From positions 1 through 24,225 of the IMG/VR virus record IMGVR_UViG_3300014656_000138: a stretch of 24,225 nt of DNA. The stretch is one strand, 5' to 3'. A program made the translations under genes and the position numbers. Of the stretch, positions 1 through 8,220 are shown in pieces. The stretch's first letter is position 1. Every line of letters starts with the position of its first letter. Under the pieces are notes generated by a model. The model was not told the DNA's origin. It did not search any database and worked only from the letters and a program-made list of their open reading frames with translations. The stretch comes from a virus (taxonomy: Duplodnaviria > Caudoviricetes).

Positions 1-35
1 ACATCAAAATCAAGGTTGAGTAGCCCACCCCCGTC

Positions 36-120
36 CCGCGCTATCGACGCGCGGCAGCCTCCCCGACGGCAGCCCGCTCGGTGACCAGCACTGAGTACGC
101 AAGAGCGACCGGGGAGGCTG
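36..120 (+). other. Intergenic multi-stem structure
   Basis: CCGCGC/GCGCGG hairpin (36-54), then perfect 11-bp stem CAGCCTCCCCG (55-65)/CGGGGAGGCTG (110-120) enclosing inner hairpins 77-95 and 98-107. No U-tract. Confidence 0.6.
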
Positions 121-158
121 GGGAAGGCTAGCATAACAGGAAAGGGCAAGGAGGACAG

Positions 159-452
159 ATGATGACAAGGCCAGAGATTTGGCCCGACAAGGTATGTTTC
201 ACCTGGGGCAGTAGATGCTACCACCGGGCGGCCTACCAGATGTTCAATCAGCCTGATAAGGGGTTTATGCGCTCCGTCTGTGGGGTCATAGACAGCCACC
301 AGTTTGCGTACTTCTGGTGCCTTACCCAGACCGCAGAGAAGTTTTTAGGCCGGGTGCGCGACGGTCGGTTGACTGCATGCAGACGGTGTTTTCCGGACGG
401 GCCGCCGCCTGAAATCATAAGTAGAGAAAGAGATCAGCGTGAACTAACGTGA
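159..452 (+). CDS. Hypothetical protein, possible Zn-binding (YH...CG...CRRC)
   Basis: AGGAGG RBS before ATG; His/Cys pattern. Confidence 0.7.
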   Translation: MMTRPEIWPDKVCFTWGSRCYHRAAYQMFNQPDKGFMRSVCGVIDSHQFAYFWCLTQTAEKFLGRVRDGRLTACRRCFPDGPPPEIISRERDQRELT

Positions 453-485
453 CGGTGGCCGAATTAGCAGACAAAGGAGGGAGCA

Positions 486-683
486 ATGACTATTAAAGAC
501 ATCCAAATGCAAACCGACCCGCTGCGCAGAGCCGCGATGCTCCACTGCCGCTTCTGGCAGACGGCAGCATGGGAGAAGACACGGGCGATGCGTGATGACC
601 TCATTGATGAGCATGACCCAGAGTGGCCTCATAACCACTTCTGGAATGAAGTTGATGAAGTTGATAAGGAAGTTGATAATTAA
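486..683 (+). CDS. Hypothetical protein
   Basis: AAAGGAGG RBS; fits + strand gene array. Confidence 0.75.
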   Translation: MTIKDIQMQTDPLRRAAMLHCRFWQTAAWEKTRAMRDDLIDEHDPEWPHNHFWNEVDEVDKEVDN

Positions 684-739
684 CCCGCACGTCCTGAGCC
701 AGGCCGAAGCTGGCTCAGATGCGCCCGAAAAGGAGTAAC

Positions 740-922
740 ATGAAACAAAAGTTCGAAGTCAAGTGGGTAGCAACAAGACACAGCGTGATATACACTGGAG
801 ATTACAATATCCACGCAGAGACTCCGCAGCAAGCGGCCAAACTCGTCCGGCTTGCAATAAACCGGAGCGTCCTACCCGACGCCATGGTTAAGATCAAGGC
901 TGTTCGCCAACTCACTTTTTAG
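740..922 (+). CDS. Hypothetical protein (start revised to MKQKF)
   Basis: AAAGGAG directly upstream of ATG 740. Confidence 0.75.
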   Translation: MKQKFEVKWVATRHSVIYTGDYNIHAETPQQAAKLVRLAINRSVLPDAMVKIKAVRQLTF

Positions 923-983
923 CCAATCCGAGCCGGGGCAGCTCACCGCCCCGTCGCTGGCTCATACCGATAAGGAGGAAAAG

Positions 984-1241
984 ATGCCACAGGTAAAGGG
1001 ATTGAAGAAGCTTAGTGATGACATGAGTGCTACATACGACGGCGCTATTGTCGTGCTCTATGACACTCGCGGATATTCACAGAAACGGATTACAGTGATG
1101 ACGCCAGAGGAAGCGACAGTGCTACTGGCACTGTACACAGATGGCTGTTGCACCATCTGCCTGAAGGAGATACCAGAAGGCGATGTAGTCTGTGACGGTT
1201 GCATGGAGGAGGCACGAAACGTACGCTGGCTAAAGCGATAG
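984..1241 (+). CDS. Hypothetical protein with C-terminal Zn ribbon (CTIC...CDGC)
   Basis: TAAGGAGG RBS; two CxxC pairs. Confidence 0.8.
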   Translation: MPQVKGLKKLSDDMSATYDGAIVVLYDTRGYSQKRITVMTPEEATVLLALYTDGCCTICLKEIPEGDVVCDGCMEEARNVRWLKR

Positions 1242-1287
1242 CCCAGCGCTGAGACAGGAGCGCACCACCTCAACGAAGGAGGAAGAA

Positions 1288-1620
1288 ATGTCATTGACAC
1301 AGGAAATCATCGAGATGGAAAACGAGTACCGCCACCTGGAGAGCAACCAGGCGCGGCTCAGCGGCAGGTGGAAGTTCGCGTGCTGCCGCCGGTGTAGCAG
1401 CATAGACGGGATGCAAAAAGTACATCGGGATACGCTGATAGTTATGAGTACAGACCAAGTCGCGGCGGTGACCTGGTACTCAGAACTGGGGAATGATGAT
1501 GAATACCTGTTTATTCCCTGTTGTCACTGCAATTCAGATAAAATCATTCCGGACATCTTCGAGGTGTTGAACACAGAGGATGTGCTGTATTGGCTAGAGA
1601 ATGATGACCCAGGAATATAA
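1288..1620 (+). CDS. Hypothetical Cys-rich protein (CCRRC...CCHC)
   Basis: AAGGAGG RBS; CxxC pairs. Confidence 0.8.
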   Translation: MSLTQEIIEMENEYRHLESNQARLSGRWKFACCRRCSSIDGMQKVHRDTLIVMSTDQVAAVTWYSELGNDDEYLFIPCCHCNSDKIIPDIFEVLNTEDVLYWLENDDPGI

Positions 1621-1630
1621 GGAGGAAACG

Positions 1631-1822
1631 ATGGATCACTTGAAAGATGCTGAGATGCACATTGAGCGTGCCATATACGGTAACATTGATCGCTCAGAAT
1701 TCAACGCCTTGCAAGCAATCGCCCACGCGCTGATCGCGATAGCGGAACGGCTGCCACCGCCCGCAGAAACATGGAGTGAGTGCACCACGCGGTTGAGACA
1801 GGAGGGACAAGATGAACTTTGA
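1631..1822 (+). CDS. Hypothetical protein (start revised to MDHLK)
   Basis: TAAGGAGG RBS before ATG 1631. Confidence 0.75.
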   Translation: MDHLKDAEMHIERAIYGNIDRSEFNALQAIAHALIAIAERLPPPAETWSECTTRLRQEGQDEL

Positions 1823-2201
1823 AACGGTGAAGATTGGAGATGGAGTTCATGTCAGCGTCAACGGCGTGACAAGTGCCGCCTTCGCCCGTGAGTGCACGGG
1901 CGGCGGGTGGGCGGTGCTCGTGCCGCAGATTGCATACACACCTGACACGCTGGAGGACGCACTGGCGATGATAGCTACCGACCTGGGCGACTGGTACACC
2001 GTCGCCCAGGCCGCCGAGGTGCTGGTGGAGATGGGCGCATTCGATACTGCCCCGCCCGCGCAGACCGTGAGCAAGTGGGCGCGAGAAGGGCTGTTCCCAG
2101 GCGCAATGAAGATACGCGGCCCCGGTGGCCGTGGCGGCGGCGGCTCGTGGAGAATATCACGGGCGGCGCTGGTGGAGTTCGCGAAAAGGAGAGAACAATG
2201 A
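1812..2201 (+). CDS. Excisionase/MerR-like helix-turn-helix DNA-binding protein
   Basis: C-terminal YTVAQAAEVL...TVSKWAREGLFPGAMK...WRISRAAL matches the Xis-type winged-HTH pattern. Confidence 0.8.
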   Translation: MNFETVKIGDGVHVSVNGVTSAAFARECTGGGWAVLVPQIAYTPDTLEDALAMIATDLGDWYTVAQAAEVLVEMGAFDTAPPAQTVSKWAREGLFPGAMKIRGPGGRGGGGSWRISRAALVEFAKRREQ

Positions 2202-2533
2202 CAACCTGGAAGGACAATGGCAACCATGGTCAGTTTCACCGCGAGATTGTCGGAGATAGTGGTAAATATGCTATTTGTTACGTACGGACAAAGCACTATG
2301 TGTTCTCCAGTGATGGAGACACTCATAAATGGAGCGAGGAATCCTGGCTCGAAGGCGAGGAGAACTTCTGCCTCATCCTCAGCGCGCCGCAGATGCTAGA
2401 GGCGCTGGAGAAGATCGCCGCGCTAAATCCACCCAGGGGATGTGGCCTTGTGGACATGATAGAAGTACATAGCCAATGTGTGGAAATCGCCCGCGATGCC
2501 ATAGCAGCAACGAAAGAAGGAATAGGCAAATGA
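2198..2533 (+). CDS. Phage hypothetical protein (NxxLIxxAPxxLEAL type)
   Basis: ATGA overlap, AAAGGAG RBS; ENFCLILSAPQMLEALE resembles a common phage motif. Confidence 0.75.
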   Translation: MTTWKDNGNHGQFHREIVGDSGKYAICYVRTKHYVFSSDGDTHKWSEESWLEGEENFCLILSAPQMLEALEKIAALNPPRGCGLVDMIEVHSQCVEIARDAIAATKEGIGK

Positions 2534-2889
2534 TACAAGACACTTACTTTTACTTTGAGCACGTAACCAAGGCGTTGGCTATAATCGCGGATGGAGCAAT
2601 TGTATCACTGGATCAAACACCTGAAAAGATAACGGAACAGGTGCTGCGCGTACTCCAATTAGTACGAGAGGATTGCGTGAAATCTCTGGAAGTCATTGGC
2701 ATACAACAAAAGCGAGCGGAGGGGGCAGAGGCGGCACTGGAGGCTATTCGGAAAACAGCACAGCGCATACTGGCAGAAACAGACATACCGACACGAACGA
2801 GATCAGACTGGCGGGCAGTAAGCAGACACACGGACGCCGCCATAGCAGCGGTGAAAGGAGAGAACAGCGATGAAGACGAACTGGTTTGA
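2530..2889 (+). CDS. Hypothetical helical protein (start revised to MIQDT)
   Basis: ATGA overlap with previous stop. Confidence 0.7.
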   Translation: MIQDTYFYFEHVTKALAIIADGAIVSLDQTPEKITEQVLRVLQLVREDCVKSLEVIGIQQKRAEGAEAALEAIRKTAQRILAETDIPTRTRSDWRAVSRHTDAAIAAVKGENSDEDELV

Positions 2890-3046
2890 ACGGCTGGTAG
2901 AGAAGTTCGGCGGCGGCGAGAAGGGCAAACGCAGGGCCGCCGGTAGCAGCAAACATGGACGCGGTAAGCAGAAGCCGCGCTGCTGGCATACCGCCAAGCG
3001 CAAGGAGCACAAGCGCCAGAAGTTGACGCGGCGGGTGCAACGGTAG
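2870..3046 (+). CDS. Small highly basic protein, 58 aa (not in ORF track)
   Basis: AAAGGAG RBS; translates MKTNWFERLVEKFGGGEKGKRRAAGSSKHGRGKQKPRCWHTAKRKEHKRQKLTRRVQR. Confidence 0.65.
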   Translation: MKTNWFERLVEKFGGGEKGKRRAAGSSKHGRGKQKPRCWHTAKRKEHKRQKLTRRVQR

Positions 3047-3063
3047 ATTTTAAGAAATTGTAC

Positions 3064-3096
3064 TTGACAAACCGCACAGAGTATGATATATACTCT
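3064..3096 (+). promoter_or_regulatory. Sigma70-type promoter with overlapping palindromic operator
   Basis: TTGACA 3064-3069; TATATA at 17 bp (or TATACT at 19 bp); inverted repeat AGAGTAT-N5-ATACTCT at 3078-3096. Confidence 0.65.
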
Positions 3097-3217
3097 CAAT
3101 AGGTGTTGGCTCAACACGCAAGGAAGGAGGCCCAGGCCAAAGTGACAAATATGCGCAGGCGCAGCAGCAGGGCTGGCTCCCCGGCGGCTGCGCCAGAAAT
3201 AAAGGAGGGCCCTCGCG

Positions 3218-3541
3218 ATGGAAGCAAACAGCTTTGCCCGCAATGATTGCCAGTTAGGACACAAGCGCATCTCATATATACGCCTGGAGCGTGACTACCG
3301 TTGCAATAATTGCGGCGGGTGCATCACGACCAGGTGGAGCGAGGAGGGCTGGTACCCGTCCTGCCTGGCCTGTGGCGGGCGCGACTTCATCCACGAGCGA
3401 GAAGCCCAGCGCCAGCAGTGGGAGGCGCTGGAGGTACTGGAGGGACTGCCGCCCGAACTGGCGACGGCGTTGGGGCACGAACAGCGGACACCTGGCACTG
3501 TGCTGTTCCCGCTGGGATTGCCAGAACCTATAGAAATCTGA
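3218..3541 (+). CDS. Zn-ribbon protein (CNNC...CLAC)
   Basis: AAAGGAGG RBS; two CxxC pairs. Confidence 0.75.
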   Translation: MEANSFARNDCQLGHKRISYIRLERDYRCNNCGGCITTRWSEEGWYPSCLACGGRDFIHEREAQRQQWEALEVLEGLPPELATALGHEQRTPGTVLFPLGLPEPIEI

Positions 3542-3552
3542 AAAGGAGAGAT

Positions 3553-4959
3553 ATGGCACTGAAAGACAGAGACCGAACACGACCCCGCCGACTGGTGCGC
3601 TCAGGAATAATCCGCTTAGGGCATAAGGAAAAGCGCAAGCGCCAAGACGGCTCGGAGTATGAATTCCCCGTTCAGGACAGCCACTTTGTGCTAACTGACG
3701 CGCCAGAAATCGCTGAGGTCTATGGCGCTGAACCGCGCGAACTAGATGTTATTCTACCGTTCCCCGACATCGCCCGCAACTTCGACGCCTTCTACACCGT
3801 GTGGGCCGGCGGCGTGCTGGTCTGTAAAGGCGATGGTGAATATGTTCAGTATGCTGTACCATTCAGAACAGAAGTAAAAGATGAGCGGACGCGGGTCTAT
3901 AACATCAGTGGAGATACACAGGTAAGCGACGGCCAGGCACAGACGGCCTTTAAGTGGAACGGCCAGGAGTTCAAGTCTGGCGACTTAGTACCCTGCTCTG
4001 GCGCTGCGCAAGACCTGTATCCTCAATGTGCCGCCTGCCGCAAGTCGGCGCTTCTCAAAATCATGATGGCGAAGCCAGAGTTGATTCGCTGTGGGTACTA
4101 TCAACTGGCAACCACCAGCGGACGTAACTATGACACCATCCTGGGCACGCTAGAGATGGTTAGCGCTGGTGGGCAACGGCCCGTCAACGGTATCCCGTTC
4201 ACATTGCGATTGGTAGAAGAGGCCATAACCTATACCGAACAAGGCAAGCGCAAGGCAACCAAGAAATGGTTCGTGCAACTTGAACCTTCTCCTGTCGTTG
4301 TCCGTGCGCTGTACCAGCTGCAAGCGCGGGCGTTGCTCGGAGCCAGCACAGATACTCAGGCAGACCCCGTCACTGGTGAAATCACAGATGAATGGGAAGA
4401 GGTAGAGCCAGAAGCGCCGCCACCATTCGCAGAGGAGGGCGGCCCCGCCGAAGAGCCTGAGCCTGAACCTGAGCCCGAGCCAAAAGCAGAAAAGCAGCCC
4501 CTTGCAAATGGCCAATGGTCCCGTCCGATGAATCCTACAAATACCCGCTATTCCCTACGCTTCCGCGGTGGGTGGGTGAAGGGCGAAGACCCGTACTTTG
4601 CCGATGCTCACCGCCAGCCCGATGACAAACAAGAGCCGCCTAATGTTTACCTGGTTAAGCGCGTCGCCGCAATGATGGGCAAGGCGCTAACACGGCCAGA
4701 GGGTGGTGACACTGACCTGGAGCGCCATCTGATATTGTCCTGGGTGTTCGGCATAGAGAGCACCAGCCTATTGACAGCGCTAGAGGTCCAGGCCACGGCG
4801 AAGTGGCTAGAGGCATTTCCCGCCGGACAGGGTGAAGATGGCAAGGACGCCTGGATACCCTCCGGCGTTGCCTCCGAGGAGTGCCGACTGGTGCTCCACC
4901 AGGCAATGGTGGATGCCGGGCAGATGGAATTGCAAATGGAGCACGACCATGCCGAATGA
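3553..4959 (+). CDS. Gp3-like / recombination-directionality-factor-like protein (putative phage recombination protein) with C-terminal extension
   Basis: Start revised to MALKD (AAAAGGAG RBS); RRLVRSGIIRLG...FP..DSHFV...YGAEPRELDVILP...LVCKGDGE...YYQLATTS..N matches the family pattern as recalled; acidic EP linker then an unassigned domain. Confidence 0.75.
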   Translation: MALKDRDRTRPRRLVRSGIIRLGHKEKRKRQDGSEYEFPVQDSHFVLTDAPEIAEVYGAEPRELDVILPFPDIARNFDAFYTVWAGGVLVCKGDGEYVQYAVPFRTEVKDERTRVYNISGDTQVSDGQAQTAFKWNGQEFKSGDLVPCSGAAQDLYPQCAACRKSALLKIMMAKPELIRCGYYQLATTSGRNYDTILGTLEMVSAGGQRPVNGIPFTLRLVEEAITYTEQGKRKATKKWFVQLEPSPVVVRALYQLQARALLGASTDTQADPVTGEITDEWEEVEPEAPPPFAEEGGPAEEPEPEPEPEPKAEKQPLANGQWSRPMNPTNTRYSLRFRGGWVKGEDPYFADAHRQPDDKQEPPNVYLVKRVAAMMGKALTRPEGGDTDLERHLILSWVFGIESTSLLTALEVQATAKWLEAFPAGQGEDGKDAWIPSGVASEECRLVLHQAMVDAGQMELQMEHDHAE

Positions 4960-5140
4960 GTCAGAATTCCCTGCTAACCTGAAAGCGTTCTGCCAACTGG
5001 CAGTTGACCGCCTGGGATATGAGAACATCAGCAGCGTCCTGGACGTGCTGGATGAGAATTTTGACGTAGTTCAGGACCGTGAACTGGACTGCTGCTTTGA
5101 CCAGGACTTGGCCTGGACAATACTACAAGGAGAATTGTGA
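4949..5140 (+). CDS. Hypothetical acidic protein (start MPNES)
   Basis: GGAG RBS; overlaps previous stop. Confidence 0.65.
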   Translation: MPNESEFPANLKAFCQLAVDRLGYENISSVLDVLDENFDVVQDRELDCCFDQDLAWTILQGEL

Positions 5141-5268
5141 AGAATAAAAACGGCACAGACTGGGCAATGTGGGCCTGGGTAGTGATTGCATTGATACTGG
5201 TCATCGCCGTGGCCTTCATCGTCCCCTCACTGGTGCGGCAAGTACCAGCGTGGTGGTGGGCGCGGTAG
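5137..5268 (+). CDS. Small single-pass membrane protein, 43 aa (not in ORF track)
   Basis: GTGA overlap, AAGGAG RBS; contains WAMWAWVVIALILVIAVAFIVP. Confidence 0.65.
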   Translation: MKNKNGTDWAMWAWVVIALILVIAVAFIVPSLVRQVPAWWWAR

Positions 5269-5356
5269 CAAGTAGCCGGGCCGCTGGCTCGCGCCTGCCT
5301 GTGCTACGGCAGACAGGCAGAGACGGGGCGGTGGCCCGAACAAAAAGGAGAGTAAA

Positions 5357-5848
5357 ATGGGACGCGAAATTAGACGAGTACCACCTGACTGGAAACACCC
5401 CACGGACAGCGAGGGTAACTACAAACCGTTGTATGATGGGGCTTTCGCCAAGGCAGCCCAGGAATGGCAAGAGGGATATGATGCATGGCAGATAGAGCCG
5501 CAAGGCGATTATCCATTTGAGGAATGGGACGGCCCTGCCCCCAATCCTGAATACTACCACCCCGAATGGACAGAAGAGGAAGCCTCTTGTTACCAGGTCT
5601 ATGAAACCGTGACAGAAGGAACGCCTACTTCACCAGTCTTTACATCACTGGATGAGATGCAAGCCTGGCTCATCACCCAGGTCACCCAGGGCTTCTCAGC
5701 AAGGGCGACGGCAGAGTTCATCAAGACGGGATGGGCTCCCTCAATGGTCTTCGTGCCAGGCAGGGGCGTGTCAGGACTGGGCATTCACAGCCTCGACTTT
5801 CTGGCTGATGATGAGGAGGAGGAGGAGCAATGCAACCCGGAGGACTGA
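5357..5848 (+). CDS. Conserved phage hypothetical protein (MGREIRRVP...YETVTEGTPTSPVF type)
   Basis: AAAGGAG RBS; motif pattern recognised from phage proteins of unknown function. Confidence 0.85.
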   Translation: MGREIRRVPPDWKHPTDSEGNYKPLYDGAFAKAAQEWQEGYDAWQIEPQGDYPFEEWDGPAPNPEYYHPEWTEEEASCYQVYETVTEGTPTSPVFTSLDEMQAWLITQVTQGFSARATAEFIKTGWAPSMVFVPGRGVSGLGIHSLDFLADDEEEEEQCNPED

Positions 5849-5934
5849 TAGATTTCATCTTGCCCGCCGCGTTCCTGTTCCCCTTCTTCTGGGCGCTGGC
5901 GCTGTGGAACTGGCGGCACTGGAGGGAGCGATGA
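5830..5934 (+). CDS. Small membrane peptide, 34 aa (not in ORF track)
   Basis: GGAGGAG RBS; MQPGGLIDFILPAAFLFPFFWALALWNWRHWRER; ATGA-coupled to the next gene. Confidence 0.55.
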   Translation: MQPGGLIDFILPAAFLFPFFWALALWNWRHWRER

Positions 5935-6443
5935 TAGAACTGGACGCCTTCGAGAATGCCGCAATCGCACTAAAGGAGCGGGAAACCGAGGTGTTTCTGG
6001 GCAAGGCGGAACTGGCACACTATGCCGTCGAGCATGACGCCAATGTGAAGGGCCGCCCTGCTTCAAATTTCCTGGCGCACCTGTGGGGCCAGTCCACGAC
6101 GCATACTGTCAACCGGCTGGCACTGATATTTGAGGTGTTCGGCGCAGATGAGATCACGCCAGATGTGCCGTTGAAACTCTACGGCGCGGCGCTGGAAACT
6201 GACGACCCGTCGGCATGGCTGGCGCGGGCGATAGCAGAGCGATGGTCGGCGCGCCAGTTGCGAGATAAATACGGAAGTCTGAAAGACAAACACTTGTCGT
6301 CTTGCCAGTTCGCCGGCGAAGTCGAGATAACGGTCTGGCAGCCCGCCACCGGTGAAGTTGCCTTCGTCGGCTTGCAAATTTCCGGTGAGTCGCCACGGGT
6401 CGCGCGGGTGACGGTGCGCGAAGTATTGGACAAAGGAGAGTGA
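5931..6443 (+). CDS. Hypothetical protein, possible DNA-binding (LmbU-like WL..A....WS.R.LR segment)
   Basis: Start revised to MIELD (GGAGG RBS); PSAWLARAIAERWSARQLRD motif. Confidence 0.65.
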   Translation: MIELDAFENAAIALKERETEVFLGKAELAHYAVEHDANVKGRPASNFLAHLWGQSTTHTVNRLALIFEVFGADEITPDVPLKLYGAALETDDPSAWLARAIAERWSARQLRDKYGSLKDKHLSSCQFAGEVEITVWQPATGEVAFVGLQISGESPRVARVTVREVLDKGE

Positions 6444-7228
6444 TGATAGAACAAGCGGACAGACTCTTAGTAGCCGAGAGACGAATGAAAGAGCTGTACA
6501 ATACGGTCGTAGATCGCAACCGCAAGCTTACCCAGGCTCGCGCCAACCTGGCCGATGCCCGCCGCGTCGCGCGGCTGTGGTATCGACGAGCGCAAGAGCA
6601 GCCGGTTGAGGTGGAAATCACCGGTATGGAAATGGTCGAGGCATTGCAAGCCGAACACCAGAAACGGGTAGAAGCAGAACGATGTCACAGTGCAGCACTG
6701 GCACTAGCAGAAAGCCGCGCCAAGCGCCTGGAGAAAATGGACGCCGCTGCCAAACAGGCCGCGCAGGAGCAAGAGAAAGTGCAAATGCATTGGCTCAGCC
6801 CGGTGGAGGCGGAGGGGTTGAAGCGGCAACTGGAAAAGGCAGAGGCGCAAATAGCCGCCACCAAAGAAGCCGTGGAGTGGCTGTGGGGCTACTGGGACGG
6901 CAATACGCTAATTGCAAGATCGAATGGCTATGAAGAGGAAATAGGTACAGCCTGGAATAAACTTCTGGCAGCGAGTGATGCATTTAGCAAGTCCTGGGAA
7001 CGCCACGGCGGAGCCGCCGCGCAACTGGTGACGCCGGAACTGGCAAACTTGCTAGAGAGACTAGCAGAATGGGCGGATGAAGCCGTGCTCGATGGCGGTG
7101 ACTGCCTCGGCGAGGACATGGGGACTTCCGCTTATGAGGCAGAGAATCCAGGCCACAGAGATGATGCTATCATCGCCCGCTCCATCGCCGCCCGCATCAG
7201 GGAGACGCTGGAGGCCGATGATGATTAA
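6440..7228 (+). CDS. Coiled-coil hypothetical protein
   Basis: GTGA overlap, AAAGGAG RBS; Ala/Glu/Arg-rich heptads. Confidence 0.8.
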   Translation: MMIEQADRLLVAERRMKELYNTVVDRNRKLTQARANLADARRVARLWYRRAQEQPVEVEITGMEMVEALQAEHQKRVEAERCHSAALALAESRAKRLEKMDAAAKQAAQEQEKVQMHWLSPVEAEGLKRQLEKAEAQIAATKEAVEWLWGYWDGNTLIARSNGYEEEIGTAWNKLLAASDAFSKSWERHGGAAAQLVTPELANLLERLAEWADEAVLDGGDCLGEDMGTSAYEAENPGHRDDAIIARSIAARIRETLEADDD

Positions 7229-7397
7229 TGAGGAAACCGACATCGTGATGTGTTATACCGGATGGACACAAGAAACGGCAGCGGGAGCAATTGCTCAGTG
7301 GCGAGCAGGCGATCCCGATTGGAGTGCAGAATACATAAAACGCTATCTGTCAGCACAAACACCGAAGAGGCTGACAACGGAGGCTGATGATGCCTAG
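7218..7397 (+). CDS. Hypothetical protein (start MMINEE)
   Basis: GGAGG RBS within repeated junction motif. Confidence 0.7.
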   Translation: MMINEETDIVMCYTGWTQETAAGAIAQWRAGDPDWSAEYIKRYLSAQTPKRLTTEADDA

Positions 7398-7611
7398 AAC
7401 AGCGAAACAAATGGCACAGGAAATATGTTTTGGGTGGGTCAAGAGTAACTGGGATACCTACGAGGACTGGCTAAACTCTGAGAATGGCATAGGGTTGTGG
7501 AAAAGAGAGATTGCTGACATTACCCTTGCGCTCAAAGAGTATGCCTTGCAGACTGCGAGAGAGCATGGCGAGCAGACGGCGCAGGAGATGCTGGAGGCTG
7601 ATGATGCTTAA
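7387..7611 (+). CDS. Hypothetical protein
   Basis: GGAGG RBS within repeated junction motif. Confidence 0.75.
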   Translation: MMPRTAKQMAQEICFGWVKSNWDTYEDWLNSENGIGLWKREIADITLALKEYALQTAREHGEQTAQEMLEADDA

Positions 7612-7792
7612 AACCCTCAAGGAGATACGCAAGCTAGCCGCCGCCGCTTCGTGTGACATGGCCGATGTTCTGGAATACGGGAGCATGGTCAAGACAGAAG
7701 AAGAAGCGGAGGCATTAGTGCTCGTCCAAGTTCGATTGCAGGCAATTCTCAGAAATGTTGATGAGGCACTGGAGGTTGACAGTGAAAACTAA
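7601..7792 (+). CDS. Hypothetical protein (start MMLKT)
   Basis: GGAGG RBS within repeated junction motif. Confidence 0.7.
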   Translation: MMLKTLKEIRKLAAAASCDMADVLEYGSMVKTEEEAEALVLVQVRLQAILRNVDEALEVDSEN

Positions 7793-8078
7793 CACCACAC
7801 GCACGGTTGAGGTGACAATATCCAATGCACAGCTTCTGAGTCTGTTTGTCCGGGCCGTCGCCGGTGATGCCTATGACGCAGCGGGCAAGGAGCGAACATT
7901 CTACAAGGCGCTGGGCCATCTGGTCGGCGTCAGTGATGTGAACGCTGTGGGGGTGGCAAATACTTATCACGCAACCCAGGAGAATCAAATCACCGTCGAG
8001 GAGTTCCGCGAGTGGCTACCAACCGTCTTCGCAGAGTTTGCGCGGGCAATGCTGGAGACCAACGATGAGACCCGGTGA
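7782..8078 (+). CDS. Hypothetical protein (GTG start, VKTNT)
   Basis: GGAGGT RBS before GTG 7782. Confidence 0.7.
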   Translation: MKTNTTRTVEVTISNAQLLSLFVRAVAGDAYDAAGKERTFYKALGHLVGVSDVNAVGVANTYHATQENQITVEEFREWLPTVFAEFARAMLETNDETR

Positions 8079-8220
8079 CTGGCTCGGCTACAGCGCCCAA
8101 TGCCACAGAGGCCGACGTGTTGAGGCTGGCCCCCCAGGCGCTCCGTGTGCCGAGGGAGCGCATCGAGATACAGCGGACGGGCGGCTGCTGGCTGGCACGG
8201 GAGAGACAGGAGGAGACAGA

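Noticed and set aside
3310-3552. 81-aa N-terminal extension of the 549-aa ORF
   Set aside because: Overlaps the Zn-ribbon gene; RBS and family motif begin at 3553.
4445-4482. GAGCCT/GAACCT tandem repeats
   Set aside because: Coding EP linker, not an array.
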